From Bdellovibrionota bacterium (GTDB lineage Bacteria; Bdellovibrionota_C; UBA2361; CALJRW01): a stretch of 64,000 bases of DNA. Made by a program: the position numbers and the translations under genes. The stretch is taken from contig JBGSMD010000016.1 in assembly GCA_041740355.1 (NCBI GenBank), forward strand, positions 96,001-160,000, written 5' to 3'. Of the stretch, positions 10,901-20,942 are shown in pieces. The notes below the pieces were generated by a model. The model was not told where the DNA came from. It searched no databases and saw only the letters and a program-made list of their open reading frames with translations. Every line of letters begins with the position of its first letter. Within the stretch, counting starts at the first letter, position 1.

Positions 10901-11773
10901 TTAGAAAAGACGATTTAACTGTTTTAACATGCTCATCATCCCAGCTGGTCCTTCAATGCTTATAGCATAGTCTGCTAGTGCTACCAGCTCTGGGCAAGTT
11001 TTAGCAGCAGCAATGACAATTCCTCCATTTGCTTTAATCACTTCCGCGGCTGGAACATCGTTTCGACCATCACCAAAATATGCACAACTTGCCAAATCTA
11101 GTCGACCATCCCGCTGAAGTTTTTCTAGACCCCACCCCTTAGACATTCCCGGAATAGTTATTCGCAATGTTCCATCACCAATCTCCGTCGCAACTAACTG
11201 CTGATCTAATCCCAGCGCTAAAATTTTTGCTTCACACCATTTTTGGATTTTAATAAAGTCCGAGTTACCAACAGTGCCTTTTTCCCACAAGGTCAAACTA
11301 GTTAAGAAATCATTAAATGGAGGAAGCTTAACTAAGGGACTGGAAATATTTGCTAAGGTTTGCCATCCCTCGGAATCACTGTGGGCTGGTGCTAAGGCTT
11401 GTATTACTTCTGATTTAAGTTGTCCAACAGCTTCAACCAATTTTAAATCAATTAATGAATTTACTTTGAGCAGTTCTCTTCGATTTTGACCGCCCTTTAC
11501 TAAGGTGGAGCCATCTTCCAATAATATATCACCATTAAAAACATCACCTAGTTTTAGCCCATCAGGAAGTGCTGCTTCTAATTCGGAAAGACTTCTGGCC
11601 GTGGCAACACCAATCGACATGGGAAGTTTGGCTAATTCCTGACAACTCTCCATTGGAATCCCACTATGTACATCTGCTAAGGTACGATCAATATCAAAGA
11701 TTAAATGTTTACAATCGAGAATCTGTTTAAATGCCTGTTGGGGTATAATTTCAGTTTGAAACATAGAGAACAA
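10901..11773 (-). CDS. HAD-superfamily (Cof/IIB-like) phosphatase
   Basis: IFDIDRTL, VATARS, SKG and FGDGRND motifs. Confidence 0.85.
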   Translation of the reverse strand: MFSMFQTEIIPQQAFKQILDCKHLIFDIDRTLADVHSGIPMESCQELAKLPMSIGVATARSLSELEAALPDGLKLGDVFNGDILLEDGSTLVKGGQNRRELLKVNSLIDLKLVEAVGQLKSEVIQALAPAHSDSEGWQTLANISSPLVKLPPFNDFLTSLTLWEKGTVGNSDFIKIQKWCEAKILALGLDQQLVATEIGDGTLRITIPGMSKGWGLEKLQRDGRLDLASCAYFGDGRNDVPAAEVIKANGGIVIAAAKTCPELVALADYAISIEGPAGMMSMLKQLNRLF

Positions 11774-11809
11774 AAATCAGAAGCTATAAAATTTAATAAC
11801 TTTGTAAAG

Positions 11810-12652
11810 TTATGACTGAAAATCTTTAGATGTGATTTCTAAATTTGTGGCGCCGATCCGTCCAATAATTGAAGCAGCTTGTTTTGCACCCAAAGCAAGC
11901 GCCCGACCATGATCTTGAGGGGATTTCAACCAACTAGCGATAAATCCCGACTGAAAAGCATCACCACATCCCGTAGTATCAACAACTGCTGGAACTGAAA
12001 TCGCTGGTTGATGGAGACAGACACCATGATAAAAGCTATCAGCACCATCCTTCCCTTGCGTTAACACAAAGGTTTTCTCTGGATACTGTAATGCTAAGCT
12101 TTGAATAACAGGCTTAAGGGCCAAATCTCCCCCAATGAAAATAAGATCAAAATAATTTGAATAACGTTTTAAGATCGAAATTAAATCTTCACTTAAATTG
12201 GCATCAATCGAAAAATCCGCAGCTTTTTTCCCTGAATATTCAAGCTTTGCAATATGTTCAAAAATATTTTCAATTCCATCTGATAGTGGAACATGGATCA
12301 AGTCATATTGCTCAAAAACTAGCGGCAAATTCTTAATATTCTTAGCGAAGTCTGCTAAGACTCCAACCGTATATCCGTCAAACTGCCTTTCCCCACTTGC
12401 TGTTAATATGATTCTTTGGATTGTAGTTTGGCCTGATAAACGAGTCATCGAGTGGGCAAATGGTGTTGAAGCAAGTAACTTTAGGCACTGATCTCCTAGC
12501 AGATCATTCCCTAAGGTCGAATAAAGATCTGTGGAAATCTCTAATGAACTTAAATTACTGGCAACATTTAAACTGATTCCGCCTAGAAAATAACGCTCTT
12601 GATTTACATAATAATCAATTGAAAAATCTCCGATGCAAGCAACTTTAGACAT
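11810..12652 (-). CDS. PfkB-family carbohydrate kinase (FrlD-like)
   Basis: GDFSIDYY..LGG..LNVA and VVDTTGCGDAF motifs. Confidence 0.88.
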   Translation of the reverse strand: MSKVACIGDFSIDYYVNQERYFLGGISLNVASNLSSLEISTDLYSTLGNDLLGDQCLKLLASTPFAHSMTRLSGQTTIQRIILTASGERQFDGYTVGVLADFAKNIKNLPLVFEQYDLIHVPLSDGIENIFEHIAKLEYSGKKAADFSIDANLSEDLISILKRYSNYFDLIFIGGDLALKPVIQSLALQYPEKTFVLTQGKDGADSFYHGVCLHQPAISVPAVVDTTGCGDAFQSGFIASWLKSPQDHGRALALGAKQAASIIGRIGATNLEITSKDFQS

Positions 12653-12670
12653 GAATTAGCTAAAACTAAA

Positions 12671-13459
12671 TTAGATTTTACCGGTTAACTGACGTACTTT
12701 TTTCGTTAAAGCTTGGGCCTTTGCCAGATCGAACAAATCTCCAGTCATAATGGAAGTAGCAACTACTGCACCTTGGCAATACTTAATAGTTTCTTCAATA
12801 TTATCAATAGCAAAACCACTACCAACAAAAAGTGGTGCTCCGGCACTTACTTCTTGCAATATTTCAGAATCTTCTAGTGTTGGAGCAGTCCCGGTCTGGT
12901 GGCTGGTAACTATTAAGGAATTAGCACCATTTATAATTGCTAATTTTCCAGACTCGGAAAGCGTTCGACCAGAAAGATTTTTACCGTGTTTAACATGAAC
13001 GTCAGTAAAAAGCAGGGGAAAATGCTCTGGATTATCGGCTCTAAGTTTAGTAACTTCCGTTACACATTCAGGAACAATGCCCCAGCGAGTCTCAGTTGGA
13101 TCAGTAAAAACATCTAAACGAACAAAATCTGCTTTTGCTTCAATCCCAACTTTTACTGTTCCGACCATATCATAAAGAATCTCTAAGCCGAGTGGAATTT
13201 TAGTTGTCGTCTTGAGTGCCCTAATCAACTTGGAAAAATTTCCTAAATATTCCGATGAGACTATTAATGGGTGCGGACGATCTCCCTCGTTCTCCACTAG
13301 AATTCCATCAAAGCCTGCCTGCTCTAAAGTCTTTATTTCTTTGGTAGCAAAATCTATAATTTCAGTTAATCCAGGAGATCCTTCGAAGCCAGGCATTGGC
13401 GGGAGATGGAGTACCCCAATTAAATTAAAATTACTGGTAAATAATTGTTTGAATTTCAT
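12671..13459 (-). CDS. BtpA/SgcQ-family TIM-barrel protein
   Basis: IGVLHLPPMPG, DGILVENEGDRP, DVHVKH and VGSG motifs. Confidence 0.88.
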   Translation of the reverse strand: MKFKQLFTSNFNLIGVLHLPPMPGFEGSPGLTEIIDFATKEIKTLEQAGFDGILVENEGDRPHPLIVSSEYLGNFSKLIRALKTTTKIPLGLEILYDMVGTVKVGIEAKADFVRLDVFTDPTETRWGIVPECVTEVTKLRADNPEHFPLLFTDVHVKHGKNLSGRTLSESGKLAIINGANSLIVTSHQTGTAPTLEDSEILQEVSAGAPLFVGSGFAIDNIEETIKYCQGAVVATSIMTGDLFDLAKAQALTKKVRQLTGKI

Positions 13460-13471
13460 TGATTGGCCCTA

Positions 13472-14692
13472 CTAATCTGTTAGCGGTGGAATCTTACCCC
13501 AAGGCCAGTTTTCAATAAAGCCTCTTCCTTTGGACCAAGTTGGAGTATTTTTTGGAAATACTCCATTAAAAACAGATTTAGCCTGCTCGTGTTTTAAGAC
13601 CATACGAGCTAATGATAGTCCGGCGTTTTCAAAACCATCTGGATTACTTAAGAATTCCTGAGCAGCTTCTTGGGCACCAAGATTTAAAGCCCTTCCCCAA
13701 CTTGCTAAAAATGGAGATCGAACTTCGTGGTAGACTGGAAGAATTAAATTTGAGTCGGCTTCTTTTACATATTTTTCCGATCGAGAAACAGCCCTAGGCA
13801 AACACTCAAAAGTATCATTGAGAGCTTCCAGATCTTGCCGCTCAAGTGACAAACTATGTTTTACATTAACAGCATTCATAAATCCTGAGATATAAGGATT
13901 TTGCGAAAAAATAAAATGTACTCCTTGTAAATTTATATTTTCTTTACCTTGAGCAATCTCGGCTTGAATACCATTAATCATACTACCCCAACAACCGGTA
14001 TCAATAATTACCAGTCCATTAGTATTATGAAAATTTTCTTGTCGCAAATAACCCCGGAACAACTTCTCTTGCTCTACAGATCGGGCAATAGCTTCGCTAG
14101 CCATCTCATCATGAATACTAAGATGTGTTCTATTAAATGTAACATAACGTAAATCAAGTTTGCGTTCAGCAATCTCCGGTTGCGTTTCTAATAATAATCC
14201 TACTTGATAATACATTTCCGCATCTCTTGCTAAAAATGCGACAGTGGATCCGACAGGTGCAGACTGAAGTACTTGATTCACAAAGTTTACAACTAGCGGT
14301 GCTAGAAAATCTCTAGAAAATTCCTGATAAAATTTTACTCCTTGGACACGAATAACCTCAGTCAGAGTCTCATGACTCAAATTCTCACCGAGTAGTTGTC
14401 CATAATCCGCCAAATTCAAATTCTTCATTACTAAACTTATTAGGCTTCTTGAATACTCCTCCGCGTAATCGCGCATATCTGGGGCTATTAATATTTGATG
14501 CTGGGCATGTGCTGAGGCTAAGGCATCTAAAAAAATTAGATTTTCAGGGGATAGCTTTAAAGGGATATCACTAAAAGCCGGTGTGGCGGCAGGATTAAAA
14601 AAAATCCGATGATCATTAAGAGCAAGGGAATTACCCTCAACTGGGACCAGTGGAGAATTAGCATGTGGAGCAGTATTTGGCACTTCGATCAC
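13472..14692 (-). CDS. Hypothetical protein, first gene of the BtpA-PfkB-HAD operon
   Basis: 406-aa ORF with FLARDA and IIDTGCWGS motifs, resembling the FLxRDG / VDxGWxGS module seen in glycan-associated proteins. Confidence 0.6.
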   Translation of the reverse strand: MIEVPNTAPHANSPLVPVEGNSLALNDHRIFFNPAATPAFSDIPLKLSPENLIFLDALASAHAQHQILIAPDMRDYAEEYSRSLISLVMKNLNLADYGQLLGENLSHETLTEVIRVQGVKFYQEFSRDFLAPLVVNFVNQVLQSAPVGSTVAFLARDAEMYYQVGLLLETQPEIAERKLDLRYVTFNRTHLSIHDEMASEAIARSVEQEKLFRGYLRQENFHNTNGLVIIDTGCWGSMINGIQAEIAQGKENINLQGVHFIFSQNPYISGFMNAVNVKHSLSLERQDLEALNDTFECLPRAVSRSEKYVKEADSNLILPVYHEVRSPFLASWGRALNLGAQEAAQEFLSNPDGFENAGLSLARMVLKHEQAKSVFNGVFPKNTPTWSKGRGFIENWPWGKIPPLTD

Positions 14693-15117
14693 TTAAAAAA
14701 ACTACATTTAGGAGTTAAACACCATTTAAACTTCTAAGCAAATTCACCAAATGATATGAATCAAATAATTTCAGTGTTGCATAATAACTAATTATACTAG
14801 TAGAAATTGAAAACTACCGTTTTCAGTATATTAAGTGCGGAGCACTTGTAGCGACCCTAGGGGGTCGCTGAGGTTAAAATGCTTATTGCCTAAGTTTTAA
14901 CAGGGGGGAAAAAATATACTAAAACCCGATATACGAAAATAACAAGCTGCTTTTTGCAGAGCCATCAGGTCAAAACCTAATAGTTTTTAGTATATCCACA
15001 CCCTTCATAAAACAAAATATAGAGGCGCAAGGTTATATCTTTATAAGTTAAGATTTCAGCAAAATCCAGCATTCTAAATTCATATCCGCTTAGAGTACTG
15101 GTTAACTAGGTGACTGA

Positions 15118-15267
15118 TATATAGTGATGACAAAAAATAAATTACGTAAAAATCAAATAGATTGAGTTGTTTTTTGTCATAACTATATAATTTTATTATC
15201 TCTCCGGGGGATAGAAAGCCCCAAAAAGTAATTTCCTTACGTAAATTACTTTTTGGACTTTCTATAT
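15118..15267. repeat. Family-A composite palindromic repeat (about 150 bp)
   Basis: Two hairpin modules: atagtgatgacaaaaaa...tttttgtcataactatat and tagaaagccccaaaaagtaattt...aaattactttttggactttcta. Its reverse complement aligns with 24298-24446. Confidence 0.85.
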
Positions 15268-15323
15268 AAAACCAATGGCTTAGGAATCATATTAATGTTT
15301 TAAGACCAATCAAATAACAACAA

Positions 15324-16568
15324 TTATAAAATCATTCCGCCCGCAACAGTATTACTTGTTTCATAATCAATTAGAATAAAACTTCCGGTGTTTTTATGGT
15401 CTTGATAGCGATCATAGACGATTGGATAATTACTACGAATTATAACTTCAGCAATATCGTTTAACTGTAAGTGAGTTCGAAGTTGATCCTTATTCAGAGT
15501 TTCTGGATCTATAACATAATTAATCTGCTCAACAATTGCTGGAACTTGTTTTACACCTAATTGTAAAATAAACTCTTCCCCTAAAGCTAATTGCCTGTTG
15601 CCCATCCAGCATAAATTTGCAGTAAAGGAAAGACTAACTTTTGGTAAGCCCTTGGAGTTAGTCAAAAGATCTCCCCGTTCAATCTGGATATTGGAATCAA
15701 GCAGGATTTTTGCAGAGTATGGCGCGGTAACAACATCCGCTAAGCCATTCAAATCATTTAGTTGGCGGATATTACTTTTCTCAGATGTTCGAACATTAAT
15801 AACTCGTTCTTTCTTTTTAAGTTCTCCGTTTAAGATTAAAGCTTGAACTAATGGTAAATTAATTCCCTGGGCAATCTGTTCGACATACTGCACACTAACT
15901 CGCAATTCTTGAAAATCAACATTTTTCTTGATTTGCAATGTGTTCAAAGTATCTAATAAATTTTTCCCCTGATACCATTTAGTTTTATTAGAGTTAATTA
16001 CAACATTATCGCCATGTAAAGCACTGACAGGAATGAAGCGGACCTCCCTAATATTAAGTTTATCAGCCCAGGTTAAAAAGTCCTTTTGGATTTTTTTAAA
16101 TACACTTTCCGAATACTCAACGAGATCAATTTTATTGACACAGACAACTAATACCTCAACTCCCAATAGAGAAGCCACTAGCGAATGACGTTTGCTTTGT
16201 TCTGTGATCCCTTTTCGCGCATCAATTAGAATTAAACTGGCATCGGCAGTTGAAGTTCCGGTAACCATATTTCTAGTGTATTGAGAATGTCCTGGTGTAT
16301 CTGCAATTATAAACTTACGATTTCTAGTACTGAAGTATCTGTAGGCAACGTCAATCGTTATCCCTTGCTCTCTTTCAGCTTTTAACCCATCAGTAATTTG
16401 TGCTAGGTCAATTTGATCCCGACCTGCAGCCCGTGCTTTTTTTTCCAAGAGTGCAATTTGATCCAAAGGAAGATTTCCTGAATCATATAACATTCTTCCG
16501 ATAAGTGTGCTTTTACCATCATCAACTTGGCCTGCTGTACTAAATCTTAATAAATCTTTTTCTGACAT
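15324..16568 (-). CDS. cysN: Sulfate adenylyltransferase subunit 1 (no APS kinase domain)
   Basis: LRFSTAGQVDDGKSTLIGR, AEREQGITIDVAYRYF and TGSFILID...TVAGGMI motifs. Confidence 0.95.
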   Translation of the reverse strand: MSEKDLLRFSTAGQVDDGKSTLIGRMLYDSGNLPLDQIALLEKKARAAGRDQIDLAQITDGLKAEREQGITIDVAYRYFSTRNRKFIIADTPGHSQYTRNMVTGTSTADASLILIDARKGITEQSKRHSLVASLLGVEVLVVCVNKIDLVEYSESVFKKIQKDFLTWADKLNIREVRFIPVSALHGDNVVINSNKTKWYQGKNLLDTLNTLQIKKNVDFQELRVSVQYVEQIAQGINLPLVQALILNGELKKKERVINVRTSEKSNIRQLNDLNGLADVVTAPYSAKILLDSNIQIERGDLLTNSKGLPKVSLSFTANLCWMGNRQLALGEEFILQLGVKQVPAIVEQINYVIDPETLNKDQLRTHLQLNDIAEVIIRSNYPIVYDRYQDHKNTGSFILIDYETSNTVAGGMIL

Positions 16569-16618
16569 GTTTTTTTATTGAATAAAATTATTTTTCCTTA
16601 AGTATGAAGTTTTCTGGA

Positions 16619-17560
16619 CTATGGCCAACCTTGTAATTTACGTTGTTCCATACCAGTATTCTGACTATGGTCATCTGCCCTAGTTGATCTTTCACTGTAT
16701 TTGGAAGATTGAACCTCAGCAATTACTTCGCTAATTGTTACCGCATTTGATTCAATAAAGCCTGTAGTTTCACGGTCTCCAACCGTTCGACTTCGCACTT
16801 TTTTGATTTCAACGTTTTCACCTGGCTTCAAAATAGTGTCATCAAAATAAGCTAGCAGTACTCCATCACGACGAAATACTTCACGTTCGTGTGAAAAGTA
16901 TAGCGATGGTAAAACCACTTTTTCTTGTTCGATATATTGCCAGACATCAAGTTCGGTCCAATCACTAATTGGAAAGATCCTTAAATGCTGTCCGGAACTG
17001 ATTCGAGTATTATAAAGATCCCATAATTCAGGTCGTTGGGCCTTGGGATTCCATTGATTAAATTCATCTCTAACAGAAAAAATTCGCTCTTTTGCCCGAG
17101 CTCCCTCCTCATCTCGTCTGGCACCGCCGATTAAACCGCGTAAGGAATTTTCTGCTACTGAAAAATTGATTAATTCGATCAAAGCAGAAATATTACCAAT
17201 TTGTTTTGGTCGTTTTTCTAAAATGCCAGATGTCTCAAATTCTGGGACAGATAAAACTTTTAGGTCAGCATTGATTGATCTTATAAATCGATCTCTAAAA
17301 TCCAAAACTTCTGGAAAATTATTACCGCTATCATAATGATAAAAAGTAAATGGCAATTTTAAATCAGTAAATGCATTTTCAAATGTTTTCTTGGCTAGAT
17401 GTGCAATACACACTGAATCTTTACCTCCCGAAAACATTATCCCAACAGGATTTAAGGTAGCGCGAACTTCCTGTAGGATCTTGCTAGATTGCTCTTCTAG
17501 TGAACGTAGATGACCTAAGTGATATGAATTTAATGACTTTGATGCAGACTGAGAATACAT
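16619..17560 (-). CDS. cysD: Sulfate adenylyltransferase subunit 2
   Basis: FSGGKDS, GGARRDEE..RAKERIFS, QRPELW and WTELDVWQYI motifs. Confidence 0.95.
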   Translation of the reverse strand: MYSQSASKSLNSYHLGHLRSLEEQSSKILQEVRATLNPVGIMFSGGKDSVCIAHLAKKTFENAFTDLKLPFTFYHYDSGNNFPEVLDFRDRFIRSINADLKVLSVPEFETSGILEKRPKQIGNISALIELINFSVAENSLRGLIGGARRDEEGARAKERIFSVRDEFNQWNPKAQRPELWDLYNTRISSGQHLRIFPISDWTELDVWQYIEQEKVVLPSLYFSHEREVFRRDGVLLAYFDDTILKPGENVEIKKVRSRTVGDRETTGFIESNAVTISEVIAEVQSSKYSERSTRADDHSQNTGMEQRKLQGWP

Positions 17561-17589
17561 GAATTCCCTCCCAAATTAATATTTGAATA

Positions 17590-17722
17590 AAAGGATCTTT
17601 GTAAAAAGATCTTATGATTTAACTAATTGTGTAGATTTATATAAGTATGCCTAACGGCACTGACAACATTTGCTTTGGTAGCAAAGAGAGAAGAGAATAT
17701 TTAAGTAATGAATTTTAATCAC
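17590..17722 (-). promoter_or_regulatory. Candidate cysteine-sensing leader peptide/attenuator of cysDN
   Basis: uORF 17722-17651 (GTG to TAG) reads MIKIHYLNILFSLCYQSKCCQCR. A gatcttt/aaagatc hairpin with a T-run (17594-17611) follows before cysD. Confidence 0.55.
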
Positions 17723-17796
17723 ATACCATGTATCGCATATCGTAAAATATTATTCAATATATTTTTTTGGAAATAATATTTTAGTATCAATGACAA

Positions 17797-18864
17797 TTAA
17801 AAATCTTTGACCAATTTGCCATTTTGATTTGAGTAAACAGCCACTTGATGTTTCAGATGGCGACCAAATTCCTTATCTTCGACATACTCTAATTGATCAA
17901 TTGGAGCTTCTAAGAAACTTGCCTGAGGAAGAAACGAAAAATAATCTGTCGAACCTTTTTGTTTTGCTAGATCATTTAGCTGAGAAATCAAATCAACACT
18001 TACCCAACCGGAAGCAGACTCACCAAAATAAGAAATATTGGAATACTTGACTTGGAGGGCATCGATAAAACTATTGGCAATAGAGGCATAGGCAAAAGAT
18101 AACTTACTAGATAAGGCAATAAATAATTCTTGAAATGCTGAATCAGCAAAAATATCACCGCCAATAATTGGCACCATAAACTTTTGTGCTGCTGCTTGAC
18201 GAGCGAATGTTAAAGCTTGTTCCGGCATGGTTAATAAATATACCGCGTCGACATTTTTACTTTTTAGTTTAGCAATGGTTGAATTAAAATCAGCATTGTC
18301 ATTGGGGACAAAGTGTTCAATCAAATTACCATTTAATTTTTTACTGAGCATTTTTATACCAATCACGGCATTACCAATATCGATAGATACCGCAGCAGGG
18401 TTTTTTGCCTTATGGTATTCAAAAAATTTAGCAGTGTAGTCTACTAATAAATCAACTTTAGAACTTATAGTAACTACAAATTTTCGATTCAAAGCATCCG
18501 GATTCATTGACACTAAGATTGTCGGAATTTTCTTTTGTTCAACTATTGGAGCGATCACTCCACTTGGGGTGTTTCCCCAGACAACTAGTAATTGTACTTT
18601 ATCAATCTCTGTAAGTTTTTGAACGGCACTGATCGTATCCTTCCCGTCATAGCGATGATCTTCGTAGAAAATTTCCATCATTTTAGCTTTTTCAGGTTGC
18701 TGAGTTTTCCAGAGTTCAACACCCCGACGAAAGCCCTCACCCATCGGAGCAACTGGCCCGCTTAATGGTAGTACAATCCCCACTCTAAACTTCTCTTCAG
18801 CCAATACTGTGTTGGAATAGGCAAGAAGTAAAACGAGAAAAATTTTTGCAATAAGCTTATTCAT
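17797..18864 (-). CDS. ABC substrate-binding protein, LivK/PBP1 family
   Basis: Signal peptide; VGIVLPLSGPVAPMG, ED.RYD and DFNSTIAKLK motifs. No permease nearby. Confidence 0.85.
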   Translation of the reverse strand: MNKLIAKIFLVLLLAYSNTVLAEEKFRVGIVLPLSGPVAPMGEGFRRGVELWKTQQPEKAKMMEIFYEDHRYDGKDTISAVQKLTEIDKVQLLVVWGNTPSGVIAPIVEQKKIPTILVSMNPDALNRKFVVTISSKVDLLVDYTAKFFEYHKAKNPAAVSIDIGNAVIGIKMLSKKLNGNLIEHFVPNDNADFNSTIAKLKSKNVDAVYLLTMPEQALTFARQAAAQKFMVPIIGGDIFADSAFQELFIALSSKLSFAYASIANSFIDALQVKYSNISYFGESASGWVSVDLISQLNDLAKQKGSTDYFSFLPQASFLEAPIDQLEYVEDKEFGRHLKHQVAVYSNQNGKLVKDF

Positions 18865-19211
18865 TATTAACTTTTAAAATACCAAAACTATTGATGTTTT
18901 TGTGATTAATTTGAATTTCACAATACATTAAATAGCTAACAAAATACAAGAAAATTCATAAAACTCTAAAGGGTTTAAGTCGCATTCGCTTTATTCCAAT
19001 TTTTATTGAGGCACCATGAATTTCCCAAGTTGCTGGTGGCTAGAATTCTTTTTTTTCGGATAGAAAATACTTAGTAAAGCGCTTTCCTATAATTAGCTTA
19101 ATTACATTATCTTGCTATACTCCAATTGCGACATTAATAGATTTAATCGTAATAGAGACTAACGCTGCTAAGATTTCTTCTAAATTAATAATTGTCCGTT
19201 TGTACTAACTT

Positions 19212-20204
19212 ATGTTTGCTACTCAAAGTTCACTGGAGACAGTTCGAGATGTTTACCATGAAAAGTTAAGTCCTGGGATTAATCTTTTCATTGAACCTAA
19301 GAAAGTTATTCAGTGGCCAGAATTTATTGATAATTATCCTCCTTTTTCCATTGCTCTAGATGGATTTGTTTATGGTCCACCTTTATTCAGCTCGATTGGA
19401 CCACATGCTAACTTTAATCATCACGAAGGAGTGGATCGTCTATCAACTAGAGCAACATGCTCACAAGTATTGGTAGCACTAAAGCAAGGCCTACTGGAAA
19501 CATTTTGCATTAATTCCGAGGCAATGATTAATATCTTTGTAAACGATCCTGATCATGATACTGCCCTAGCTGTCTGGTTACTAAAAAATCATAGTCGCAT
19601 AACAAGCCCTGTTCACGAGCCTTATATTAACCGCTTAGTAAGAATTGAAGATTTACTAGATGTTACTGCTGGCGCCTATCCATATCAAATAGATGCAATT
19701 GTGCTTCAAGAAATTGCTTGGGTTTTTAAACCATACGCCGATGCACGTACTGCTGGAAAACTTTTTAATATGTCTGGTGCAGACATGGGTAAGGTGATTT
19801 TAGAGGTCGGTGAAAGAATAACAGAATATTCTTATGGGAGGGGTGGTAAAACTAAACTCGATACTAGATATGAAAGAATTGGAGGTGGGAAAAACTGGGC
19901 CTTGGTTAATGAAATTGGGACACATGCCCGCACAGCAATCTTTGCTGATGGGATAAAGGCATTTGTCTCGTATAGAGATAATAAGGATGGAACATTCACT
20001 TATTCAATTGGTAAAATGAGTCCTTACTTTAAATTTCCAATTACTGATTTTTATATTTTTTTAAATCAAGCAGAGGGATTAGTTCCTGGCTCTGCTAATT
20101 CGTGGGGAGGAAGCGATATAATTGGTGGTTCACCACGGATGACAGGTAGTAAATTGCATCCCAAAGAACTGGAAAGAATTATTAACCGATTACTAGAAAT
20201 TTAA
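19212..20204 (+). CDS. Hypothetical DHH-like phosphoesterase-fold protein
   Basis: IALDG, NFNHH, NDPDHD and WGGSDIIGGSPR motifs. Confidence 0.55.
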   Translation: MFATQSSLETVRDVYHEKLSPGINLFIEPKKVIQWPEFIDNYPPFSIALDGFVYGPPLFSSIGPHANFNHHEGVDRLSTRATCSQVLVALKQGLLETFCINSEAMINIFVNDPDHDTALAVWLLKNHSRITSPVHEPYINRLVRIEDLLDVTAGAYPYQIDAIVLQEIAWVFKPYADARTAGKLFNMSGADMGKVILEVGERITEYSYGRGGKTKLDTRYERIGGGKNWALVNEIGTHARTAIFADGIKAFVSYRDNKDGTFTYSIGKMSPYFKFPITDFYIFLNQAEGLVPGSANSWGGSDIIGGSPRMTGSKLHPKELERIINRLLEI

Positions 20205-20248
20205 TTTATTCTGAGAAAGAATTGAGAAGTTGAAGGAAGAAGGAATCG

Positions 20249-20276
20249 AGCTGGAAGTAACGAATTACTTCCAGCT
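20249..20276. terminator. 12-bp hairpin between convergent genes
   Basis: agctggaagtaa-cgaa-ttacttccagct; UUCG loop on the minus strand. Confidence 0.7.
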
Positions 20277-20285
20277 GAATAAGGA

Positions 20286-20474
20286 TTAAGCACCACGTAC
20301 ATTTACAGCACAAGGCCCTTTGCGTCCTTCGCCAATTTCAAAACTAACTTCTTGTCCTTCTGAAATCTGTTCGCTAACTTCTGAATGATGCACAAAAAGA
20401 TCTTCACCATTATCTTGAGCAATAAATCCAAATCCCTTCTCGGTATCAAACCATTTAACTTTACCTGTAGCCAT
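20286..20474 (-). CDS. cspA: Cold-shock protein
   Basis: MATGKVKWFDTEKGFGFI and DLFVHHS (RNP1/RNP2). ATG 20474 preferred. Confidence 0.93.
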   Translation of the reverse strand: MATGKVKWFDTEKGFGFIAQDNGEDLFVHHSEVSEQISEGQEVSFEIGEGRKGPCAVNVRGA

Positions 20475-20942
20475 TTTTAATCCTAATATAATATAATAAT
20501 ACATATTTGATATACTTATTAGTTTTCACTTTAGAAATTTCTACAGTTAGAACACAAGTACCTTCAAAGATGCCCAAGGAATGTAATACAAGTTCGCACG
20601 CGGGTCAAAGCGCTGATTCTCACAAGCACTTAAGATGCTAAGTAAAGTTACTAAAAAATTAATTTTATTCCCCCATAAAACTGCTTAAATTGCTAAATAA
20701 TACTTAATAATGGCTTTTTTCGACTTATAAGCATCCATTTTATATCATTCTCTATTATCTAACTTTTATAAACTTTAGTCTTAATGTTACCTCTTGAAGC
20801 AGGAGGATCACTCTAGTTATCAAAATGTTAACCTAAAAAGTACGGCTGATCTAGAGACAACTCGCTTTTACTAAAAATTAATCCTTTAAATTTGAACAAC
20901 AAATAGTTATCATGCACCCAAACTTTTTCGTTGAAAAATTCT

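Noticed and set aside
14851-14870. GC-rich hairpin agcgaccc-tagg-gggtcgct upstream of the BtpA operon
   Set aside because: Single hairpin with no recognisable riboswitch or second copy in the window.
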